Source: a candidate division WOR-3 bacterium
Lineage (GTDB): Bacteria; Hydrothermota; Tepidihabitantia; Tepidihabitantales; Tepidihabitantaceae
Reading direction: 5' to 3'
DNA: 64,000 bases
Assembly (NCBI GenBank): GCA_965649225.1
Contig: CBFGJX010000002.1
Coordinates: 64,001-128,000, forward strand
Notes under the pieces: model-generated
Database searches by the model: none
Told to the model about the DNA's origin: nothing
Seen by the model: the letters and a program-made list of their open reading frames with translations, nothing else
Shown here: piece by piece, positions 8,246 to 15,599 of the stretch
Layout of the letters: the number at the start of each line of letters is the position of its first letter
Numbering within the stretch: position 1 is the first letter of the stretch
Position numbers and translations under genes: made by a program

Positions 8246-10888
8246 GTGATCTACCGTAACCCCATTATGTCGCTGTTGCTGATTCTGATTTCCTCCGCCA
8301 GCGGCTCGGTCCAAGCCGAACGCCCCCTGGCCTTTTATCTTGCCCGGCGCGATTACACGCAAGCACTGGCGGTCCTGATGCAGCGTATTTCTGCCGATTC
8401 CAGCGACGCCGCAGCGTTTCGCGACATTGCCCGAGTCTACGATCGTCAGCGTCTTTTTGACTCAAGCCTGGTCTGGTGGCAGCGTGCGCTCTCGGCAGAA
8501 GAACATGACGACTCGGCCGTAGTGGGTCTGTGGCGAGCGATGCTTAACCATGCCCGGCGCGACAGTACCATCCTTGCGGCAACTCGGGCCAGAATCGAGG
8601 CCGACGCCCGTGCCCGTTACGTCGATAGCTCGGCTCAAAAGTTGTCAGTAGCCTTTGAAGGTTTCAATATGGCCGGTTCACCGGCGGCCGACACCGCAGC
8701 AATGTTGCTAATGATGCGTTTTCCCGATTCGCCCTACGGCTGCCGGCTGATTGGCGAAGCATTCTATGACTCGTTGTATCCGGTCTGGAACAACGACACA
8801 GCCAAAACAACAGTGGTTCGGCGGTTTCTGGAGCGATACACCAAAACCAGCTGGCGAACTACCTTCTTTCAGTTTCTGCTTTCTGCCCTGACCGGTCTCG
8901 GCGACACTACTGCCCTGTTGCAGACGATCAATATTTCCGTGCGAAACGACCCCCGCGACCCGCTCCGATGCCGGTACGCGGCTGCGCTGCTCAACCGCCT
9001 GCGGCTTCAACCGCCGCTTGCTGAAAGCCTCGCCCGGGCAGCGATTGTTCTCGAACCATTCGCCGTGCGTCCGGCCAGCATGCCGGCCGAAGTCTGGGAG
9101 CTTGAATTTCGACCCCTGCGCTGGTCGGCACGGGTTGCGCTGGCCGAAGCTCTGCTGAATCAGGGACGCTTACAGGAAGCACGGTCGTGGTTAAGCGAAG
9201 CGCTGCAGCAGTTCGTACTGGACCCTCAGCAAGAGGCGACTCCCGCCCCGATTCACTGCCTGCTCGGCGAAACCGACCTCGCCAGTGGCGACACCACCGC
9301 AGCGTTTACACATCTCGCCGTGGCTCTGGTCTGGGGCGATTCACGCAACTGGTGGACGGCCCGGGCTGAAAGCACCTTACTCAGGGTGTGGCGCCTCTCC
9401 CCATCGGAACTGTACGATTCGCTCCGGCGGCGGCTCAAATATCACGGCCCGGTTTTTACCGATGTCACCGCTGCAGCCGGTCTGGCCGGCTTGAGACTCA
9501 GCCGCGTCGCCTGGGGCGACTACGACAACGACGGCTTTGATGACCTTCTGCTCAACGGTTGTCAACTCATGCACAATGTCAAGGGCCGCGGTTTCCGCGA
9601 TATCTCCAATCAGGTCGGACTTGCCGGCTGGCAGGGAAAGGGTCGGGGTGGAATCTGGGCCGATGTCAACAACGACGGCTGGCTGGACTTCTGGATGGCG
9701 GCCGCTGCCGGATACGACCAGCTCTGGCTTAATCGCCGCGGACACTTCCGGCCGGCCGGACCCGCCAGTTCCGCCCCGGCTGATACTTTTCCGACCGAAG
9801 GAGCGGCGTGGGCCGACTTTAACCTTGACGGCAAGGTTGACCTCTATTGTGCCAATTACGAAGCCGCCCAGGGCGAATACTGCCCGGACCGGCTCTGGCT
9901 CAATGTCGGGGCAGGGCATTTCCGTGACGTTACGGTGCAGTGCGGTATCATCCCGCCATTCGGCGAAAACCGGGCTGGTCGCGGTGTAGCCTGGGGTGAT
10001 TTTGACGACGATGGTGACCCGGACTGCTTTGTGGCCAATTACCGTCTCGGCGAAAACTTTCTCTGGGTCAACTCCGACCGTGACAGCTTCACAAACAGCG
10101 CTGCCGAGCTGGGAGTGGCTGGCGATGAAACTGATGGCTGGTTCGGTCACACAATCGGTGCGGCATGGGGTGACTTTGATGCCGACGGCGACCTCGACCT
10201 TTTCACCGCTGACCTGGCTCACCCGCGTTACATCCACTTCTCCAACCGGTCCCGGCTGTACGAAAACCTCGGCCCGGATTCGATACCGCGTTTTGTTGAC
10301 CGCCGCGCAGCCGTTGGGATACGCTACGAAGAAACCCACTCTGACCCGGCATGGGGCGATGTTGACAATGACGGTGACCTGGACCTTTACATCACCTCAA
10401 TCTATGAAAACCGCCGGTCCTTTCTTTACGAGAACCTGCTGTCGAACCGGAACACCGAACCCGGCCGTCCCGAATTCCGCGACGTCGCCGGTCTGGCCGG
10501 CGCCCGCGTTTTCAATGGCTGGGGATGTGCCTTCAGCGATTACGACAATGACGGTGACCTGGACCTGGTCGTCGGTTCAGGCTCCGGCCTGCGGCTGTTG
10601 CGCAATGACACGCCATACAACAATCACTGGCTCAAGGTCAAGGTCATCGGCAGACATACCAACCGCGCCGGCATCGGTTGCCGCGTAACCGTGCGTCGGA
10701 AAGGGTATCTGCAGATAAGAGAGATTGAAGGCGGCAGGGGTACGACCAGCCAGAACTCCCTCACTCAGCATTTCGGACTTGGTTCTGACGCAGACCCGGT
10801 CGAGGTCACCGTCCGTTTCAGGACTGGTCGCAGCCTTACCCTGCGAAATGTCAAGCCAGACCAGCTGCTGGTTGTTCGGGAACGCTAG
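8246..10888 (+). CDS. TPR + FG-GAP-like repeat (CRTAC1/ASPIC-UnbV family) exported protein
   Basis: About 7 W-G/A-D-x-D/N-x-DG-x-x-D repeats; C-terminal NHWLKV...GIGCRV...HFGLG (UnbV); N-terminal TPR-like helices; start GTG 8246 or ATG 8267. Confidence 0.85.
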   Translation: MIYRNPIMSLLLILISSASGSVQAERPLAFYLARRDYTQALAVLMQRISADSSDAAAFRDIARVYDRQRLFDSSLVWWQRALSAEEHDDSAVVGLWRAMLNHARRDSTILAATRARIEADARARYVDSSAQKLSVAFEGFNMAGSPAADTAAMLLMMRFPDSPYGCRLIGEAFYDSLYPVWNNDTAKTTVVRRFLERYTKTSWRTTFFQFLLSALTGLGDTTALLQTINISVRNDPRDPLRCRYAAALLNRLRLQPPLAESLARAAIVLEPFAVRPASMPAEVWELEFRPLRWSARVALAEALLNQGRLQEARSWLSEALQQFVLDPQQEATPAPIHCLLGETDLASGDTTAAFTHLAVALVWGDSRNWWTARAESTLLRVWRLSPSELYDSLRRRLKYHGPVFTDVTAAAGLAGLRLSRVAWGDYDNDGFDDLLLNGCQLMHNVKGRGFRDISNQVGLAGWQGKGRGGIWADVNNDGWLDFWMAAAAGYDQLWLNRRGHFRPAGPASSAPADTFPTEGAAWADFNLDGKVDLYCANYEAAQGEYCPDRLWLNVGAGHFRDVTVQCGIIPPFGENRAGRGVAWGDFDDDGDPDCFVANYRLGENFLWVNSDRDSFTNSAAELGVAGDETDGWFGHTIGAAWGDFDADGDLDLFTADLAHPRYIHFSNRSRLYENLGPDSIPRFVDRRAAVGIRYEETHSDPAWGDVDNDGDLDLYITSIYENRRSFLYENLLSNRNTEPGRPEFRDVAGLAGARVFNGWGCAFSDYDNDGDLDLVVGSGSGLRLLRNDTPYNNHWLKVKVIGRHTNRAGIGCRVTVRRKGYLQIREIEGGRGTTSQNSLTQHFGLGSDADPVEVTVRFRTGRSLTLRNVKPDQLLVVRER

Positions 10889-11589
10889 CGTGGCCGCAGG
10901 CGCGGCAGCAGAAACGGAGTCGTCGCAAAGTAACGGTCAGCCTCGTCCCTGAGCAGAGTCCGCAGGCCTTTTTCGTCGTGGCGTGCCTGAAGAACAACCA
11001 GCGGCAGTCCCAGCGACAAAGCCAGAACCAGACCGCCCCACGAGTTGAAAGTCAGCGCAATACCGACAAGCTGCAAGAGCGTACCAAGGTCACGCGGGTG
11101 ACGGCAGACCCGAGCAACGGGCAGCGCGACATACTTCCTCTCCGGAATAGTGATGTTCCCGCGCCGGTCCGATGGCTTGATCGCCGTGATTCGCAGGACA
11201 CCGAACAGCGTCGTGAGCCGGAGAACGGCGCCGGCAGCGAAAACCACGATACCGAGTCCGCCGCCAATGAAAGCCGGCAGTGGCAACTGAGTTATGTGCC
11301 ACCAGATGTGGTCACCGGCGCAGAAAGCTATGAATGGATAGACAAAAACCGCAAACATCACCCGGAGAGGATTTGAGTAGTCGACGAGACCAGACTGAAA
11401 GAACGGAGCGGCAAAATAGTACTCGACTCCCATCCAGAGCACGAGCATCACGGCAAGAACGCTGGGCAGCAGCCTGCCGACCGGCATAGCATCGGCAAGC
11501 AGGTTGGTGAAGAAGATGATAAAATAGGCCACAACCAGCACCGTCCAAACCAGCCGGCCGAATCTCACCCGAAGCGCGTTACTGTTCAA
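10885..11589 (-). CDS. Isoprenylcysteine carboxylmethyltransferase / PEMT-family membrane protein
   Basis: Several TM segments; RHPRDLG (cf. RHPxYxG) and DEKGL...Y...P motifs. Confidence 0.65.
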   Translation of the reverse strand: MNSNALRVRFGRLVWTVLVVAYFIIFFTNLLADAMPVGRLLPSVLAVMLVLWMGVEYYFAAPFFQSGLVDYSNPLRVMFAVFVYPFIAFCAGDHIWWHITQLPLPAFIGGGLGIVVFAAGAVLRLTTLFGVLRITAIKPSDRRGNITIPERKYVALPVARVCRHPRDLGTLLQLVGIALTFNSWGGLVLALSLGLPLVVLQARHDEKGLRTLLRDEADRYFATTPFLLPRLRPR

Positions 11590-11593
11590 CAGG

Positions 11594-12826
11594 CTACCTC
11601 TGTCTCTCGACGCCGGTCAGGAGTTCTTCGGCAAGTTCCCAAAGACTGACCGCCGTCAGTTCATAATCCACTCCCGCCGCGGTAAGCCAGTCGGCAGCCG
11701 GGAGTGGCAACAATGTCGCCTCCGTTCCCCGCGCGCCTGGCGACATACCCGGACGTTCAATCACGGTCAAAGAATGCTGTGCGGCAAGCTGACGCCGCTG
11801 ACGTGATGAAAGGTCGACTTTGATCCAGCGCCCGGGAAAGGCAAGCTTCTCTGTCAGCAAGCGTCTGGGAAAAGCAGTCGGAATTGTCTCACCTGTCCAC
11901 AACGGGCCGGCAGCAAGCAGATAACGGGCGTTGGCGGCGTCAAGCAGGCGGCGAGCGAGCGCCGCTGCGAAAGCGGTGCCCGCCGGGGGTTTCGCTCGCG
12001 TTGCCAGCAATCTCTCTTCCACAGCCAAGTTCAGCTGGACAAGCCGGGCAGCCTGAGTCGAATCGATTTCCAACGTGTCAATTCGGGGCATCAGACGGCG
12101 GACACGAATTTCAGGACCCGGACGGCTGATTTCAAACAAGACAACGCTGTCAGTACCGCGGTCTGTCCGAAGGTCCCATCCGACTGCCGGCTCGAATGCG
12201 ACTTCGGTCAGCAGAATCGTCAGGTCGCTGCGCTGCCGAAGAAGTGACAGTACTGCCGATGCCGAATACGCGGCTGCCACAGTGCGCACCCCCCGCTGGC
12301 GCAGCAACGGAGAAACCGTGTCGCTTGTCAGCCCGGCGATACCGATTGTCCCCAGCCGGGTCGGGCGGGTCATCAAGCCGTGGCCGAGTGGCTCACCCAA
12401 GGTATCAGTGATGGCACTGCCCAGGATGAAGCAACTGGAACCATCGACCAGTGCCTTTGCCCTGCCCGGCCCCCAGGCCAGCCAGTCCGGACCGAAGAGC
12501 ACCGCATCGACCTGCAGCACTCCCAGGCGGTCAACCGCCGATTTACCATCCGTCAAGACCTCAGCCGGATTGTGCCGTACCCCGCTGGCGGCGACCAGCC
12601 AGAGACAATCGTCCCGCTTCCTGAACTGCTGGACCAGTTTCGCACAGCGAAGCATTGCGCTGTCGCCGAGTGACCCGGTTACCAGCAGTCGAACAACCGG
12701 CGGCGCTGGTGACAATCGGCGGGGGGCGCAGCCAAGCTGTGCCATTACCGCCGCGACGATCCCGACGACAGCGAAGGCGAGAAGCGCGCTGCTAGACCAG
12801 CCGCGAGTCGTTAATGACCAGCTCAA
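11594..12826 (-). CDS. Putative lipoprotein with a degenerate metallophosphatase/5'-nucleotidase-like N-terminus
   Basis: Hydrophobic stretch ending LGC; VDAVLFG and IGIAGLT echo the 5'-nucleotidase fold; start uncertain. Confidence 0.45.
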   Translation of the reverse strand: MSWSLTTRGWSSSALLAFAVVGIVAAVMAQLGCAPRRLSPAPPVVRLLVTGSLGDSAMLRCAKLVQQFRKRDDCLWLVAASGVRHNPAEVLTDGKSAVDRLGVLQVDAVLFGPDWLAWGPGRAKALVDGSSCFILGSAITDTLGEPLGHGLMTRPTRLGTIGIAGLTSDTVSPLLRQRGVRTVAAAYSASAVLSLLRQRSDLTILLTEVAFEPAVGWDLRTDRGTDSVVLFEISRPGPEIRVRRLMPRIDTLEIDSTQAARLVQLNLAVEERLLATRAKPPAGTAFAAALARRLLDAANARYLLAAGPLWTGETIPTAFPRRLLTEKLAFPGRWIKVDLSSRQRRQLAAQHSLTVIERPGMSPGARGTEATLLPLPAADWLTAAGVDYELTAVSLWELAEELLTGVERQR

Positions 12827-13493
12827 AGCGACACCCGAGAAAATCGGCGGCCCGGCGGGAGATTATCATCCGCGACAGGAAGATTTCGAAGTAGTCCATC
12901 ACCGGTGCAATGGTCGTGTCGACCGTGAGACGGAAAACAATCACCCGCTTGTCGCGGTCCACCTCGAGCCCGGATTTCTTTACCGCATAGTTGACCCGGT
13001 CGTGGATATCAAAACGGATCAGCTCGGGGTTGCGCACGCGACTGCGGTGAACATCGGCCTTGTCAGCAAGTATCAACGCGGACGAAACTGCCGAGACCGG
13101 GTTACCGCCCTCTTCGTGATGATTGCCGATCGCCGACATGACCAGTGCCGTTTCGTTCGGAGCCATACCGAGACGGCGGAGGACATCACGCGCCAGCAGA
13201 GCGCCCAGGCGCTCGTGCTCCAGCCGGTTGACAACGTTGCCGATGTCGTGCAGGTAACCGGCGATGGCCGCCAGTTCAACCATGCGTTCGTCCTGGCCCA
13301 GTGCCTGCAGAACTCCGGCGGCATGCTTGGCGACAAGCCGGGCATGACGGAAGCCGTGTTCGGTATAACCAATCGCCTCAAGCTGGTGGTCAGCGTACTC
13401 AATCAGCGCGATGACCTCCGGGTCCTTGGCAACGGTCTTCAGGGTGACCGGCCGGGACCCGGAGTCACGCAGGCTGTCTGGTCCGACGGTCAT
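12792..13493 (-). CDS. HD-domain phosphohydrolase
   Basis: GYTEHGFRH, YLHDIGN, GNHHE, LADKADVHRSRV and DIHDRVNYAV. Confidence 0.9.
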   Translation of the reverse strand: MTVGPDSLRDSGSRPVTLKTVAKDPEVIALIEYADHQLEAIGYTEHGFRHARLVAKHAAGVLQALGQDERMVELAAIAGYLHDIGNVVNRLEHERLGALLARDVLRRLGMAPNETALVMSAIGNHHEEGGNPVSAVSSALILADKADVHRSRVRNPELIRFDIHDRVNYAVKKSGLEVDRDKRVIVFRLTVDTTIAPVMDYFEIFLSRMIISRRAADFLGCRFELVINDSRLV

Positions 13494-13505
13494 TGGTTCA
13501 CGAAA

Positions 13506-13982
13506 CTAGCTTTCGTCGGCCGGAACTGCCCCCGAGGCCACCTGTTTGATGTACTGTTCGAAATCAGAGAGCAGCAGTTCATCGCCGACCAGCTGGTTCT
13601 TCCACCGGATGGCGATTTCGTTCGCTCCGAAGGTCTTGTCCAGAAACACCTGCAGCTTCGGGCCGGATGCATAGTTCCGGTCGGAGATGATGACTCCGGA
13701 TGTGCTCGGATTATCGCCACAGACCTCGAAGATTTCGGCCGCCTTTTCCGGGTCATAGTCCCACTGCTCCGGCCCGCGCGGCTGGCGCTTGTAGAGCAGA
13801 AACTCGATCAGCTCGTTAGCGACAGCCAGCATGATTGAATAGTCTTCGCCCGGTGCCGAGCCGGCGACGTAGTTCTTCAAAGGCAGATGCAAGCAGATGC
13901 CGATTTCGCCACGACCCTCGCCAAAGAAAATGCCTTCGGCGCGCAGTATCTGGCTGAGGTCCCGTTTCTCAAAGAACAACAT
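13506..13982 (-). CDS. Hypothetical protein (158 aa)
   Basis: Fills the gap between tdh and the HD gene on the same strand; protein-like composition. Confidence 0.7.
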   Translation of the reverse strand: MLFFEKRDLSQILRAEGIFFGEGRGEIGICLHLPLKNYVAGSAPGEDYSIMLAVANELIEFLLYKRQPRGPEQWDYDPEKAAEIFEVCGDNPSTSGVIISDRNYASGPKLQVFLDKTFGANEIAIRWKNQLVGDELLLSDFEQYIKQVASGAVPADES

Positions 13983-14019
13983 GGCACAACAACCCGTTTG
14001 CTGCGGTCGTGACGGTCAA

Positions 14020-15021
14020 TCAATGCGCAGCCGGATAGTGCAACCGTCCGGCCTGCTTGCGTTCGCTCAGCACCCGTAACATGTCTTTGGTCATTGCTGC
14101 CAGGTCGTACTCAGGCCGCCAGCCCCATTCCTCGCGGGCAGCGGTGTCATCAAGCGATTGTGGCCACGAATCGGCAATCGCCTGACGGAAATCGGGTTCG
14201 TAGGTACAGACAAAATCAGGCAGGTGCTTGCGGATCTCGGCCGCCAGCTCGCCGGCCGAGAAGCTCATCGCGCCGACATTGAAATCACAATGGTGCTTCA
14301 ACCTGCCGAAGTCGGCCTCAGCCAGGTCAATTGTCGCCTTGATGCAGTCCGGCATATACATCATCGGCAGGCGGGTGTCCTCGCGCACAAAACACTTGTA
14401 CCGACCGAACAGCACCGCCTCGAAGTAAATGGCAACGGCAAAGTCAGTTGTACCGCCACCGGGCAGCGTCTCGTAGGAGATGATGCCGGGATAGCGCAGC
14501 CCGCGGACATCAAGGCCAAACCGGCGAACATAGTAATCACCGAGCAGCTCCCCGGCGACTTTGCTGACCCCGTACATGGTCCGAGGTTTCAGAATCGTGT
14601 CGTTGGGAGTGTTCACCCGCGGGGTTTCGGGACCAAAAACCGCGATCGAGCTGGGCACTATCACCCGCGCCATTTCATGCTCACGGGCAATCTCCAGTAT
14701 GTTGTACAGGCCGTTGACATTGACGTCCCAGCACAGGGCCGGATTCTTCTCGCCGACGGCGGAAAGTATCGCGGCCATGTGGTAAATCGTGTCAATATTG
14801 TGCCGCCGCACAACTTCCTCAACCGACGCGCGGTCGTTGACATTGATGAAATAAAACGGGCCGGAGTTCTTCAGTTCTTCGCTGGGCTGCGTCTTGCGAC
14901 CGGTCGCAACCACGTTGTCGGCGCCGTAACGCTTGCGCAGGGCCATGGTCAGTTCCGAACCGATCTGTCCGACCGAACCGGTGACGAGGATCTTCTTCAT
15001 CTCTTTCTTGTACGCCATCAT
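14020..15021 (-). CDS. tdh: SDR-type L-threonine 3-dehydrogenase (NAD-dependent epimerase/dehydratase family)
   Basis: GSVGQIG, LSAVGE, YGVSK, PGGGTTD, LPMMYMPD and RQAIADSWP; AAGGAG SD. Confidence 0.88.
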   Translation of the reverse strand: MMAYKKEMKKILVTGSVGQIGSELTMALRKRYGADNVVATGRKTQPSEELKNSGPFYFINVNDRASVEEVVRRHNIDTIYHMAAILSAVGEKNPALCWDVNVNGLYNILEIAREHEMARVIVPSSIAVFGPETPRVNTPNDTILKPRTMYGVSKVAGELLGDYYVRRFGLDVRGLRYPGIISYETLPGGGTTDFAVAIYFEAVLFGRYKCFVREDTRLPMMYMPDCIKATIDLAEADFGRLKHHCDFNVGAMSFSAGELAAEIRKHLPDFVCTYEPDFRQAIADSWPQSLDDTAAREEWGWRPEYDLAAMTKDMLRVLSERKQAGRLHYPAAH

Positions 15022-15054
15022 TCAGCTCCTTATGCCTGCAACTTGCAGAATGGT

Positions 15055-15082
15055 AGTCTAACGGCGTGTCCCGACAAGTCAA
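15055..15082 (-). promoter_or_regulatory. Promoter of the tdh operon
   Basis: TTGACT-16-TAGACT. Confidence 0.6.
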
Positions 15083-15105
15083 AGAGAAAATAGCAACTGC
15101 CAAGC

Positions 15106-15133
15106 TGGACAGCTTTTGACTCAGAGTTATACT
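15106..15133 (+). promoter_or_regulatory. Promoter of the tRNA His-Arg-Lys cluster
   Basis: TGGACA-16-TATACT, 10 nt upstream of tRNA-His. Confidence 0.6.
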
Positions 15134-15143
15134 GTCGCCGTAC

Positions 15144-15218
15144 GGTGAGTGTAGCTCAATTGGTTAGAGTACCTGACTGTGGCTCAGGATGTTGGGGGTT
15201 CAAGTCCCCTCACTCACC
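15144..15218 (+). tRNA. tRNA-His(GTG) with encoded G-1
   Basis: Acceptor GTGAGTG/CACTCAC; anticodon arm CCTGA-CTGTGGC-TCAGG; T loop TTCAAGT. Confidence 0.95.
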
Positions 15219-15289
15219 CTGGCGGCCGGCAAGCCCGCAGCGTCGGGCTTGCCAACCGCCTGGCGCCGAGTACACTGCCCGCGGCAGTT

Positions 15290-15363
15290 GCGCCCGTAGC
15301 TCAACTGGACAGAGCGTCGGGCTTCGAACCCGCAGGCTGCGCGTTCGAGTCGCGCCGGGCGCA
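15290..15363 (+). tRNA. tRNA-Arg(TCG)
   Basis: Acceptor GCGCCCG/CGGGCGC; anticodon loop CTTCGAA; T arm GCGCG-TTCGAGT-CGCGC. Confidence 0.93.
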
Positions 15364-15420
15364 GTTTTTCGAAAATTGGAATTTCCGCCGGCGGGTAAGA
15401 CCAGCCGGCGCGGATTCAAT

Positions 15421-15494
15421 GCCCCGCTAGCTCAACTTGGCAGAGCAACGGATTCTTAATCCGTGGGTTGCAGGTTCAATTCCTGCGCGGGGTA
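15421..15494 (+). tRNA. tRNA-Lys(CTT)
   Basis: Acceptor GCCCCGC/GCGGGGT; anticodon arm ACGGA-TTCTTAA-TCCGT. Confidence 0.95.
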
Positions 15495-15599
15495 TTCTGT
15501 TTATGGGCTCGCGAAAACCGTGACCGGTACGCAGACAGCCGTTGTCGCCCGGACCCGACATCAGTGCATCTGCTTGCCGGCAGTCTCCTGGGGATATAA

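Noticed and set aside
12075..13838. 587-aa plus-strand ORF, and similar long ORFs such as 9377-10339, 14158-15093 and 38420-39403
   Set aside because: Antisense shadows of well-supported genes in GC-rich DNA; no motifs or start signals
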